64,000 bases of DNA from IMG/VR virus record IMGVR_UViG_3300023184_000036. One strand, 5' to 3'. Both the position numbers and the translations under genes were made by a program. The notes beneath the pieces were generated by a model. The model made no database searches. It saw nothing but the letters and a program-made list of their open reading frames with translations, and had not been told where the DNA came from. Positions 46,435 through 57,300 of the stretch are shown here, in pieces. Each line of letters begins with the position of its first letter. The first letter of the stretch is position 1. Source of the stretch: a virus.

Positions 46435-47151
46435 TTATAATTTTACTACTAAATTCTTGCTTGCACCGCCTAACACATCTCGTGTGCGGTCAGTGACATA
46501 TCCTGTAATCTGCAACATAGGACGATTCCACCATCCCATATTTGCAGTGCTATGTGGGATATCTTTCCATTCCCACGTGATACAATCGCCTGCTCGCCAT
46601 TGTGACCAATTAGCATTGCCAAGTTGGAATATTTGTCCTAATTCCCAATCAGCTAACATGATTGCAAAACGACGAATAATATCAGGGTTCTTGTCAAAGT
46701 CAACAACTTTGTAACTGTTTTCACGTTCTGGACGACCAGCAAAGTTATCCATATGAGTGTGTAGCATTTGTCCCGTTGTTTGATTATGAAATTTAATTGT
46801 GCTATCTTCTAACCCAAGCCAATCTCGTATCTGAACAAATAGTGGGATATCTTCTGCGGTTGCTCGATCAAATACAGACGCTTTTGGATCAGCACCAGCA
46901 CGGATCAAATCATTTTCTTCTGGGTCTGCACTATAAATTCTTTCAATGTTAGGATTACGTGAACCCCATGTGCTTGCTTTTGTGCGAGGCAAACACTGTG
47001 CAATTGCATCAGTAAAATCTGCATCAAATCTACAAACAGGTGTATAACTGTCTATACCAGATACTGGGGGAAGTGTAGTATCAAAATGCCAACGGCTATT
47101 GCCTTTAGTAAATTCCCAACGACTGTCGCCCCATTTTTCGTATTCATTCAT
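46435..47151 (-). CDS. 2OG-Fe(II)/cupin oxygenase-like protein
   Basis: LHTHMD...WELGQIFQ...PHSTAN.G...R..LQITG. Confidence 0.65.
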   Translation of the reverse strand: MNEYEKWGDSRWEFTKGNSRWHFDTTLPPVSGIDSYTPVCRFDADFTDAIAQCLPRTKASTWGSRNPNIERIYSADPEENDLIRAGADPKASVFDRATAEDIPLFVQIRDWLGLEDSTIKFHNQTTGQMLHTHMDNFAGRPERENSYKVVDFDKNPDIIRRFAIMLADWELGQIFQLGNANWSQWRAGDCITWEWKDIPHSTANMGWWNRPMLQITGYVTDRTRDVLGGASKNLVVKL

Positions 47152-47178
47152 ATTTTTTCCTTACCAACTAAATTTTTC

Positions 47179-47190
47179 ATAAATATTTAT
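47179..47190. promoter_or_regulatory. Palindromic back-to-back late promoter motifs
   Basis: ATAAATATTTAT between divergent genes. Confidence 0.6.
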
Positions 47191-47218
47191 ATAAAAATTA
47201 AAATCGGAAAAAATTTCT

Positions 47219-47956
47219 ATGAATCACAAAATTTTTAACTATTTGATAAAAAATTTACAAGATGCGTTTAATTTACCAAAATATGATTATGTCCGTCACG
47301 CAATAAATGAAAACACTGACATTGGAACATTACCATGGACACCAAAACGTTTGGAAAAATTTTGTGAGCAAATCAATAATGAATTTGATTTAGATATCAA
47401 CTTTATTGGAACATTGGCAGATGTTACCAATGATATTAATGAAAAATACTGTGGACGTTTTTGGGGTGGTATATGGCAACCACGCACAGAAATTTATCAA
47501 TACACTGGATGGAATATCGTGGAACGCATCAATAAAGAAAATCCAATTGCAGTATTAGATGTTGGTTGTGGATTTAATCCATTTAAAGCACGTATTCCTA
47601 ATTTGATTGGTATTGATGCCTATAACAACAGTGCCGATTATATGGTTGATATTCTTGATTATACAGTTGCAAATAACACCTACGACCATGTTATTGTTTT
47701 TGGTAGTATTAACTTTGGTGATTACAACGATATTGCGCTTCGTATGAAAAAGGTAATTGATTTAACCATGCCAAATGGTAAAATTTATGTTCGTGCAAAT
47801 CCTGGTATTGCACATAAAAATGGACCATGGATTGACATTTATCCATGGGATTTTGATACGGCATACAAGATTGCTAATACGTATAACTGTGAATTGAGTT
47901 CATTTAAAAAAGATAATGGCGATAGACTTTATTTTGAATTGAGAAAACTACCATGA
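47219..47956 (+). CDS. Class I SAM methyltransferase with N-terminal ACP-like extension
   Basis: VLDVGCG, GID, GSINFG. Confidence 0.8.
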   Translation: MNHKIFNYLIKNLQDAFNLPKYDYVRHAINENTDIGTLPWTPKRLEKFCEQINNEFDLDINFIGTLADVTNDINEKYCGRFWGGIWQPRTEIYQYTGWNIVERINKENPIAVLDVGCGFNPFKARIPNLIGIDAYNNSADYMVDILDYTVANNTYDHVIVFGSINFGDYNDIALRMKKVIDLTMPNGKIYVRANPGIAHKNGPWIDIYPWDFDTAYKIANTYNCELSSFKKDNGDRLYFELRKLP

Positions 47957-48588
47957 AGATGTTAATAGTAATCGGACCCCAAGGTAGTGGTAATCATTTG
48001 TTTGGTAAAATATTTTCACTACACGATGCGGTTCATGGTTGGAAAGCGGCGTTAGAACCAGATGGATATTTTATTCCACATTGGTATGAACCATTTAATG
48101 AATACTGGAATGACCCAAATAAAATTACAAATGAAATAATGGGTGGAAAACAATATGCTGTTACAAGTGTAAGCAATCCATATATGGAAAATTTTTCAGC
48201 ACGTATTCCAAAGGTTGAAGAATTTATAGATGCACTTGAAAAAGTTGGAATACAAAGTCAACTTGCAATTATAGGTAGAGATCGTAATATATTAGATTTA
48301 CAACAACGCAGAGTTCGTGGTGGTCCTACTTGGGGCATGATGCAAATCACGTTAAACAAAATAAAAGAACCACCATTTTTCATAAGCCAAGAATTACTAT
48401 ATCTTTATCGCCAACAATATGTTAGAAGTTTGGGTAAATGGTTAGATTTTCCTGTTGCTTGGAATGATTTACGCATAGAAGATATACTTGTAGAAGATGC
48501 TAATGCAAAGTATATTCAACCATGTGAACCCACTGCACTTGATGCACATGTAAAGAACTTTATAAAACCTGACTGGTTAAAAAACTAA
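47953..48588 (+). CDS. Sulfotransferase-like P-loop protein
   Basis: IVIGPQGSGNHLFGKIFSLH, IIGRD. Confidence 0.6.
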   Translation: MKMLIVIGPQGSGNHLFGKIFSLHDAVHGWKAALEPDGYFIPHWYEPFNEYWNDPNKITNEIMGGKQYAVTSVSNPYMENFSARIPKVEEFIDALEKVGIQSQLAIIGRDRNILDLQQRRVRGGPTWGMMQITLNKIKEPPFFISQELLYLYRQQYVRSLGKWLDFPVAWNDLRIEDILVEDANAKYIQPCEPTALDAHVKNFIKPDWLKN

Positions 48589-48622
48589 TCATAATTTTCC
48601 CATAAATATTAAGGGAAACAAT

Positions 48623-49717
48623 ATGCCACGTTTAAGTCTTTACCGTGAAACACATACCAACGATTACAAATGGCAAGATAATCGTATTCGTGAACTATAC
48701 ACTATAAGTGGTGTAGGAATAAACGTGCACAAATATCTTGGTCCAAAAGACCAAGGTCAAACAACAGATTTAACACAACCACAATATAGCACACAAAGTG
48801 AAAAGAATATCCAAGATTTACTATTCTTGGAAAACCGTGACCGTGCATATGATAAAGATGTTTATAATTTACGTGGTCATTATACTATTCAAGATAATGA
48901 TTTTAATTTAAGTCAGTTTGGTCTTATGGTAACTAATGATACATTGTATATCACTTTTCATATCAATGATATGAGTGAACGTCTTGGTCGTAAAATCATG
49001 CCAGGTGATGTATTTGAATTGCCGCACTTACGTGATTTTAGTCCACTTGATGAAAGTATACCTGTTCCACTTAAAAAGTTTTATGTTGTTCAAGAAGCAG
49101 TACGTGGTAGTGAAGGTTATGCACAAACATGGTGGCCGCATATTTGGCGTTGTAAAGTTACACCAATGGTTGACAGTCAAGAGTTCAAAGATATTCTTGA
49201 CCAAGAAGCACTTAAGAGTGATGGAACACCAACTGGTAGCACACTTGGCGATCTGTTAAGCAGTTATAATCTTAACGTGCAAATTAATAATGCAGTTATT
49301 GCACAAGCAGAAACAGATGTACCAGCAAGTGGCTATAATGTAAACAAACTTTACATATTGCCAACACAGGATGGCGTTAGTCCAGTAAAAGTAATTAATG
49401 GTTATCTTACTGGTGATGGAACTGCACCAAATGGATTACCTGTTACAGTTGATACTGCGTTTCCATTAAATGCAACTTTAGGTGAATATGTATTGCGCAC
49501 AGATTACATTCCATCAAGACTATTCCGTTATGATGGTCAAACTTGGCGTGCAATACAAGATGTTCAACGTGCAAACCTTACTGGTGCAAATACAAATACA
49601 CAACTTGGCACATTTATTAATAATAACGCCACTGTTACATTAGCCAACGGTTATACAATACCAAGCCGTGAAACATTAAGTAATCTATTCAAATTACAAC
49701 CAGATATTATAGGATAA
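48623..49717 (+). CDS. gp14: Neck protein (gp14-like)
   Basis: IQDLLFLENRDRAYD...FNLSQFGL...LGRKIMPGDVFELPHL; precedes gp15-like. Confidence 0.75.
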   Translation: MPRLSLYRETHTNDYKWQDNRIRELYTISGVGINVHKYLGPKDQGQTTDLTQPQYSTQSEKNIQDLLFLENRDRAYDKDVYNLRGHYTIQDNDFNLSQFGLMVTNDTLYITFHINDMSERLGRKIMPGDVFELPHLRDFSPLDESIPVPLKKFYVVQEAVRGSEGYAQTWWPHIWRCKVTPMVDSQEFKDILDQEALKSDGTPTGSTLGDLLSSYNLNVQINNAVIAQAETDVPASGYNVNKLYILPTQDGVSPVKVINGYLTGDGTAPNGLPVTVDTAFPLNATLGEYVLRTDYIPSRLFRYDGQTWRAIQDVQRANLTGANTNTQLGTFINNNATVTLANGYTIPSRETLSNLFKLQPDIIG

Positions 49718-49721
49718 CAGC

Positions 49722-51110
49722 GTGGGTCAATATTTCTACGACAAACAGATACGCAGATTTATGGGTCAATTCATTCGCATCTTTGATGAGATGTATGTTG
49801 AATTTGGCAAAGATAACAATGGTAATAGTATATTAAAACGTGTTCCTGTTCGTTATGCTGATACAAACCGTCAAGTCAGTGCTATTTTAAAACAAAACAG
49901 CGATAATAGTACACTTAATGTTCCAATGATGGTTTGTTATATTAAAGAAGTAAACTATGACCGAACACGTATACAAGAACCAAAATATGTTGATAATAAA
50001 AGTGTTCGCACACGTGCAACCGATCCACTTACAGGAAATGCTAATACACAACAAGGGCAAAATTATACTCTTAAAAGATTAATGCCAGCACCATATCGGT
50101 TAACAGTTGTAATGGAATTATGGACAAGTAACTTTGACCAAAAAGCACAACTGTGGGAACAAATTACCACACAATTTAATCCAGATATGGAAATCCAAAG
50201 TAATCAAAATTACTATGATTGGACAAGTTTAAGTTATGTTTTACTTACATCAACAAGTTGGACAACACGTGATATTCCTGTTGGAGCAGATGATCCAATA
50301 GATGTTGCTACACTAACATTTGAAATGCCGATTTGGTTTAGCACACCTGCTAAAATTCAAAAACTTGGTATTGTTCAAAGTGTAGTAAGCAACATTTATG
50401 ATGCAAATGGTAATCCAAGTAATGCACTTATAGAAGCGACAAACCAATTAGGTAATCGTCAATATTTTACAGCTACTGGATACCAAGTTTTAGTAAATCA
50501 AGGAAATGTAAAATTACTTCCACGTGGTGGTCCAGAAATTTATGCAAACAGTTATAGCATACCAACAACTACTGCTAATGCTATTGCATGGGCACCTGTT
50601 ATAAATCTATTTGGTAATATTGCAAACAATTATAGCATGATGTATCTTACTGATAGCAGAACTGATAGATTAGTTACTGGCACGGTTGCATATGATCCAA
50701 ATAATGTAAATAATTTGTTTTTTAACGTAGATAGTGCTACTATACCAAGTAATATATTACCAAGTATAAATGCTATTATAGATCCACGATTAAATGGACC
50801 TGGTATAGGACTACCAGCCGCTGCAAATAATCAGCGATATTTAATAGTAAATCCACTTGGTAATGCATCAACTGGTAATGGTTCAGCGGCTTGGCAAAAT
50901 GCAAATACAAGTATTACACATGCACTACCTAATGATATTATACAATATGTTGGTAATGCTTGGACTATTTCTTATAGACCAAATGCAAACAGCAATGCAA
51001 GTTATGTTACAAATACATTTACAAATATTCAATATGCATGGGATGGCAGTCAATGGGTAAAATCGTGGGAAGGAGTTTACCAAGAAGGTCTTTGGTCAAT
51101 CGTGATCTAA
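49722..51110 (+). CDS. gp15: Tail terminator/sheath stabiliser (gp15-like)
   Basis: YFYDKQIRRFMGQFIRIF...VPVRY...MPAPYRL..ELW...EQITTQFNP. Confidence 0.85.
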   Translation: MGQYFYDKQIRRFMGQFIRIFDEMYVEFGKDNNGNSILKRVPVRYADTNRQVSAILKQNSDNSTLNVPMMVCYIKEVNYDRTRIQEPKYVDNKSVRTRATDPLTGNANTQQGQNYTLKRLMPAPYRLTVVMELWTSNFDQKAQLWEQITTQFNPDMEIQSNQNYYDWTSLSYVLLTSTSWTTRDIPVGADDPIDVATLTFEMPIWFSTPAKIQKLGIVQSVVSNIYDANGNPSNALIEATNQLGNRQYFTATGYQVLVNQGNVKLLPRGGPEIYANSYSIPTTTANAIAWAPVINLFGNIANNYSMMYLTDSRTDRLVTGTVAYDPNNVNNLFFNVDSATIPSNILPSINAIIDPRLNGPGIGLPAAANNQRYLIVNPLGNASTGNGSAAWQNANTSITHALPNDIIQYVGNAWTISYRPNANSNASYVTNTFTNIQYAWDGSQWVKSWEGVYQEGLWSIVI

Positions 51111-51532
51111 CTGCGGTTGGTGCGTTGTTTATAAGTGAAAAAACTGGTCGTGGTTTATTTCTATTACGAGATCAAGACACTTATAGCAATACATGGGGTT
51201 TAGTTGGTGGACAATTAGAACCAAATGAAACATTATATGGTGGATTGGTTCGTGAAATTGTAGAAGAAATTGGATTTGAACCGCCAATTAAAAAAGTTTT
51301 ACCACTTGAATATTTTAACAGTCCAGATGGACATTTTAGTTATCATACTTTTGTTGTGATTGTTCCACAAGAGTTTATACCAACTTTAAGCAATGAACAC
51401 AAAGGTTATAGTTGGTGTAGTTTGGATTCAACTCCAAAACCATTACATCCTGGTTTGTATAATAGTTTAAATAATAAAATTATAAAGGAAAAACTAAAAA
51501 CAGTTCAAGAAATATTAAAAATCACCAGCTAA
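51038..51532 (+). CDS. NUDIX hydrolase (true start probably near 51092)
   Basis: GGQLEPNETLYGGLVREIVEEIG Nudix box. Confidence 0.9.
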   Translation: MGWQSMGKIVGRSLPRRSLVNRDLTAVGALFISEKTGRGLFLLRDQDTYSNTWGLVGGQLEPNETLYGGLVREIVEEIGFEPPIKKVLPLEYFNSPDGHFSYHTFVVIVPQEFIPTLSNEHKGYSWCSLDSTPKPLHPGLYNSLNNKIIKEKLKTVQEILKITS

Positions 51533-52222
51533 TACTGCTTCACGAACGTTTACTTCGTGGTAATTAGGTAGTGAATTTAATTGTTTACTATAATTATAAC
51601 TATGATATGTTCTTACACGATAAAATTCTGTGCTATTGTAAACACGACAAACCTCATACAAATAACTATGATGAGTTTCATGAGTAAAATCATTGCGTTC
51701 ATATCCTAAAGAATTGGCATAAACATTTTGATTTGTATCGTTGTCACTTCCATCAAAACCAAATAGGAAAACCTTTTTATGTCCATCAAATGCGGCCAAA
51801 TAAGCACCAGTTGATCCACTATCCATATAATAGATGTATGGAATTAAGTTAGTATCACGATACGTAACCCACATGTCATTTGAAACAAACATAGAATTAT
51901 ATTTTTCAACTGGTATTTCTGCAAATAATAATCTTTCCTTAACTATATAATAATCTGCTTTTACATCACGATAAGCAGCATTACATGCATAAGTTGTTTT
52001 ATATCCCTCTGCTACACGGCGATTATTTTGATTTATAATAAGTTGTACTTCTGGAGTTATGCGACTTATACCATTTCCCAAAACAATAGCGGTTGACACT
52101 TGACGATCATAGGGAAATTCACGTGGATTTACAAACAGCGATTTCATTTGTCCATTATCAACATACGTGATTGGTTCACCTTTGTAATCTCTGCGAAAAT
52201 ATGGAGAATTTAACTGTGGCAT
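51515..52222 (-). CDS. Hypothetical (DUF115-like)
   Basis: AIVLGNGISR, YACNAAYRD, SGSTGAYLA, VFLFGFD. Confidence 0.65.
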   Translation of the reverse strand: MPQLNSPYFRRDYKGEPITYVDNGQMKSLFVNPREFPYDRQVSTAIVLGNGISRITPEVQLIINQNNRRVAEGYKTTYACNAAYRDVKADYYIVKERLLFAEIPVEKYNSMFVSNDMWVTYRDTNLIPYIYYMDSGSTGAYLAAFDGHKKVFLFGFDGSDNDTNQNVYANSLGYERNDFTHETHHSYLYEVCRVYNSTEFYRVRTYHSYNYSKQLNSLPNYHEVNVREAVLAGDF

Positions 52223-52230
52223 GTCACTAT

Positions 52231-52476
52231 TTATGGTATTAAAACTTCACTCGGAAAGTCATTAAGATTATATTTCATTTGACTGAATTGTGTAGCAACA
52301 TATCGTGAACCTTGTGTATCAAGTGCATAACTTTCCAATTCAAAATCTGGCCAATTGCCTTGCGCCTTCCATACCAGATATTCCTGAAAATGACGATTTT
52401 CATGGTCTGGTGTAATATGCCATCCGTCTTCATTGTCAACAATTGTTCCGTGCCAACATAATGTATATTTTGTCAT
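52231..52476 (-). CDS. Tail fibre assembly-like protein
   Basis: DHENRHFQEYLVWKAQGN motif after fibre gene. Confidence 0.6.
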   Translation of the reverse strand: MTKYTLCWHGTIVDNEDGWHITPDHENRHFQEYLVWKAQGNWPDFELESYALDTQGSRYVATQFSQMKYNLNDFPSEVLIP

Positions 52477-52479
52477 AGT

Positions 52480-53808
52480 TTACATATCCGCATCTGCATA
52501 AAGTGTAACTGTTTGGTTGCTACCCCATACTAAATTTGTGCCATAACTTGCAATACTTGCTGTAGTTAAACTCCATCCGTCCACTGTTATAGATGTCGCT
52601 GTTATACTTGTCATGCTTACATTAACAGGAGCATAAGGAGTGGTAGTAGTAGTTCCTACACCAACCATATTCCAACTTGTGGAACTAAAAGATATAGCAG
52701 GTGCTACACGCATTTGTTGTGGATGGTTAACACGACCACGTGTATCGCCATTAGTTGTATAAGTTACCCATGGACCCCATTCTTTACCACCACTTGTAAG
52801 AGTATAATAGTATCGCTGACATATTGCAAGTTCCGTTGGATAGTGTCTATTTTCATAAGGTGTTGCAATACTACCTGGCTCAAATTGAACACCAGTCCAT
52901 TGCATAGTGCTACCAACTGCAGTTAAAACGTTACCACTTAATGCACGACTATTGGCACCAGTATAGTTACCACTTGTCCAAGTATTTGAAGATGCTGGTG
53001 CGTAAACAGAACCATTCCATACTGCAAATCCTAACTCTATGCCACACCCGCTACCACCGCCCCATGTTCCAGAAGTTGATGCAGTAATTGGAATAGTAAC
53101 ATATGTCCATGTATTTGCACTTGGAATATTATATGTAAAACTTAAACTTTGGTCAAAGGTTGGATTGTTTCTTATAAATCCACTATAAACACCAGCATTA
53201 CTACTACGTGTCCAAAAACTTAAAGTAGCATTTCTTGCCCAAGTTTGTCCCCAACCTAAATCACGAGCAATGTAACCTTCAATTTTTTGTGATAAGAAAA
53301 TGTAATCACTAGTATTTAATGTTGAAGGAACACTTGTAGTTGTCCAACCATAATAGCTAAAATGTCCTGTTGGACTTGTAATAGCACCTTGATTTTGTCC
53401 AGTATAACCTTTATTTACGGTATTTGTGGTTGTATTCCAAACCCAACGGTCAATATAATACGCAGCAAAAGAAGAAACAGCAACATTGGCTGCACCATTG
53501 CGTTGGTCAATTTTAAAATCACCATTTATAATGCGGTTTCTTGCGCCAAATGATTGAACCGTGCCAAAAATAGTTCCATCAGCAAAACCAACGTTAGCGG
53601 TATATACGTTACCTTGAACACCAATACCTCCCACAACTTGTAGTGCACCTGTTGTTCTACTTGTTGATGCTGTGTTTGCCGCAATAGTAATAGGTGTAGA
53701 GACACCAGCCTGTGTAGCAGTCCAAGTTCCTTGCGCTGCATTATAGGTATAACTTGTATTGTTTAATACATATGTTTGTCCATCTGTTGGACTATTAGGA
53801 AATGGCAT
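52480..53808 (-). CDS. Tail fibre/receptor-binding protein with carbohydrate-binding-like domain
   Basis: RNRIINGDFKIDQR...TGVQFEPGSIATPYE.R...ELAICQRYY. Confidence 0.8.
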   Translation of the reverse strand: MPFPNSPTDGQTYVLNNTSYTYNAAQGTWTATQAGVSTPITIAANTASTSRTTGALQVVGGIGVQGNVYTANVGFADGTIFGTVQSFGARNRIINGDFKIDQRNGAANVAVSSFAAYYIDRWVWNTTTNTVNKGYTGQNQGAITSPTGHFSYYGWTTTSVPSTLNTSDYIFLSQKIEGYIARDLGWGQTWARNATLSFWTRSSNAGVYSGFIRNNPTFDQSLSFTYNIPSANTWTYVTIPITASTSGTWGGGSGCGIELGFAVWNGSVYAPASSNTWTSGNYTGANSRALSGNVLTAVGSTMQWTGVQFEPGSIATPYENRHYPTELAICQRYYYTLTSGGKEWGPWVTYTTNGDTRGRVNHPQQMRVAPAISFSSTSWNMVGVGTTTTTPYAPVNVSMTSITATSITVDGWSLTTASIASYGTNLVWGSNQTVTLYADADM

Positions 53809-54368
53809 TAATATCTACCCACCGCTATCTCTATTTTTCTTATAGAAGCATCTGTAATTATTTCCATGCTTTTACCAATTATACATCCAACTTCATATTT
53901 TGTTTTATCTAATGCACAAGCAACACCTTTAATGTCACTACTGACAAGTAATGTTCCTTTTGCAACTGGTCCACGCACCATACATGGAACACGACCAGTA
54001 AGTGCCACTGGTACCCAATTGTCTTGTTCAAAATTATCATTCATGAGATAAGCAGGATTTGTTGATACAACACCAGCGATACGTGTATCGTGTGAAGTTT
54101 TTGAAATTGTAACATCAAGATCACCACCAAATATCATAACTGTGCCAGGTGAATAATAATCATCAGCATGATACATTTCTGCCAAGTCAGCGTATTTTGC
54201 TGTGGTTGATGTTCCCACAAAGTTTACACCATAAATTGTGCTCCAATAAGAAGTAGAGGAACCAAGATTTGCCGAATTATTAGCACTTGGGTAAAAACTA
54301 CCAGCAACTGCTACTTGATTACGTGATGGATCATATGACAGATATGATGGAGATAACGTTATCGACAT
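53808..54368 (-). CDS. Short fibre-type protein with C-terminal chaperone-like (ADLAE) domain
   Basis: AKYADLAE...GVVSTNPAYLMN...VALTGRVPC. Confidence 0.75.
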   Translation of the reverse strand: MSITLSPSYLSYDPSRNQVAVAGSFYPSANNSANLGSSTSYWSTIYGVNFVGTSTTAKYADLAEMYHADDYYSPGTVMIFGGDLDVTISKTSHDTRIAGVVSTNPAYLMNDNFEQDNWVPVALTGRVPCMVRGPVAKGTLLVSSDIKGVACALDKTKYEVGCIIGKSMEIITDASIRKIEIAVGRY

Positions 54369-54377
54369 CGCAACTCC

Positions 54378-57300
54378 TTATGCTTGCGCTTCTGTCCAAC
54401 TCAAACGTGCCTGAATAGTTCCAGTTGAAGCACCAATATTTGTTGCAACAATTGTAACAACATCTGGTCCATCAGGATAAACTTGAATAGCACCAGTTGA
54501 TACTCCACCACTTAATATACTTGTTCCCATATCACGGACCAAGTTAAGGTCTTGTTGAGTAGCCGCTGCCGCACTTGTAGCAAAGTTTGTATAGAAACCA
54601 AAGATAGGCTCACCACCGCTAATTGTTGTGCCACCAAAGTGAATGATGTATTGTGCAAAACTACTACCACCAACAGATGTCCAACTATCACTTGTATATG
54701 CAGTGGTGCCGTTAAGGAATAACTGAATCAAGAATGAACCGTTACTAAACAAGTCCATTTGACGCAGAACCATCTGCATACGATTTACAATTTCACGCTG
54801 ACCAAGTTGGTTACCAGTAATACCGTTACTGACACTTGGTGAAAGTCGGAAACTCATAATGGCATTACGTGCGCCTGAATTAACACTGATGTTTGTATTC
54901 ATACCCTGAATAAACACGAATGACTTATCGTCATCAAAACGACCGTCCATAATAACACTGGTTCCCCAGTGACTGATAGTTGGTGCAAATGCAGGACTAT
55001 GACTTTCAACTGCAATAGGTGCAGTTGCACTATAAGTCCAAGTTTGTCCACTGCTCATACCCATTGGGCTAAATGTAACAGTTTGGCTACCACTTGAAAC
55101 TGGATATTGACTTAATGTAACGCTTGTATTAGCAACAAAACTTACAACGTAAGTGCCTTGTGGAATACCAACACCTACTACATATTGTCCAATTTGAACA
55201 CCACTTGTGCTTGCACCTGTAATAACATTACTTGTTGTTGATAGCGTAAATGTTAATGCACCACCTGCCTGTGCACGAGTTACACCAGTTAATGATGGTC
55301 CAAAATAAAGTGTTTGTGAACCAGTTGCTGTTACAGCAACACTTAAGACAACGCTTGAATTTGTAGCTATGCTTATAACATATGCACCGCTTGGAATACC
55401 TGTTCCAATTACATATTGTCCAGTAGAAACACCACTTGTGCTTGTCATACCAATAGTACTACTGCCATAAGTTAATGTGCCAGTCAGTGTAGCTGCTTGA
55501 GAAACACCAGTATAATTGATGTATTCCTGTTGAGTTGCATTTCTTATGACAGCAGTTCCACTTGTTGGCCAACCACTCCAATCACTTACATAAATTACGT
55601 TATCACCACCAGCTGCACTTTGTGTCAAAATGCCATATTTTGAAAATGTATTTGTTTCATAACGGCCTGGTAAGTTACCACTACGCATATATGCTTCGTT
55701 ATTATAATTGTTATTTGCAAGTTTATGGCAATAAATTACGTTGCCATCTGCTCCACGGAAACCCCAACGAATAAAACCAGCACCATACCAACTGTAATCC
55801 ATATAGAACATTTGCATTTTGGCAAGGTTCATGTTAAATCCGCTTGGTCCTGTTCCGTCACAACGATCAATGTTCCAAAGACTTTGTGGAATACGTAAGT
55901 CAATAGTTTTACTAACAATAGCATTTGTTAAGTTTGCAACACCACGATAAGCAGGTGAGATAGTCATACTTGTATCACTAGCAATATTGACAATACGATA
56001 ACTCATGCCCTTAATAACAATAAAATCATTTGGTTGTAGTTGCTTACTAAAGATAGTGCTTACACCGTTTACTGTTTGACCAGTTACAGTGCTACTACCA
56101 GCATTGACGCTGACAAATCCACTTATTTGTTGTGTGCTACTACGACGAACTGCATATAATGTTTGACCATCAAACTCAAAGAAAATACCATTTTGACTAT
56201 CAAACATACCTGTACGTACAGCAGCATTATACCACCCAACAACACTTACAACAACAGGACCACTTGCTGTTGTAGCAGTTACAGCGGCTGACAATGTATA
56301 TGTGAATGTATAGGCATCTTTAACTGCAGCAACCGTAAATGTGCCATTATATCCAGTTTCATTTGCACCTGAAATAGTAATTGAAACACCAGGATTAACG
56401 TTATGAGCTTGTTTAGTAACAACAGTTGCTGTACTACCTGCTGTTAGAGCACTTGCAGTCAATGAGTCAACGTTAAAGTTTGGCTTCATGATAGTACCAG
56501 TGCTCATCTGGATACCCTTACCACTTTGGTAACGGAAATAACGACGAGTTTGGCGAACATACTGTTGGTTATGACTTTGTGCGTTTGTGCTGAACTGAAC
56601 ACCACCATCAAATGCACGGTGAACTGTTAAACCTGGTGGACGAACAAACATATTTGCTGTTGCAGTAACTGTTGCACTACTTACAGTAGCATTAGCAGGA
56701 TTGCTTAATGTAATGCTTGTATTAGTTGATGTTGCAGTAATATATGTTCCAAAAGGAATACCGTTTGCTGGTTGAATATATTGTCCAATGAAAGCATTTG
56801 CAGTTGCGCTACAAGTAGCAGTAGCACTATTAGCAGTAGTATTAATAACTAATGTATTACTTGTATTAATAAAACTACCAGGTGCACTTGCAACATAAGT
56901 TGTAAATGCAGTAGCATTAGGAACACCTACTACACTCCAACTACCATTTGGTGGAGTTGTAGCATTAGCACCAGTTATCGCAATTTCATTACCTAAACTT
57001 AAACCATGTGGAACAGCAGTAGTTACAACCAGTAGGTTGCTGCTTACTTGGTTAATGTTTGATAATTGTATTTGTGCGTTAGCAAATTGTTTACCATTAT
57101 ATATAGCGGTGACACCAGCATTGTTAATACTACCAGTTGAGCCTGTATATGTATATTTTCCTGTGTATGTAAAGTTTGTGCCAGCAGAAACTGAATTAAC
57201 AACATAAAGACCGTCAGCACCTGTAAAAATAGTGTCTTGGATGAATACAACACTGCCTAATGCTGGTGGTGTAGTGGTTGCAACAGTATATGTTATACTT

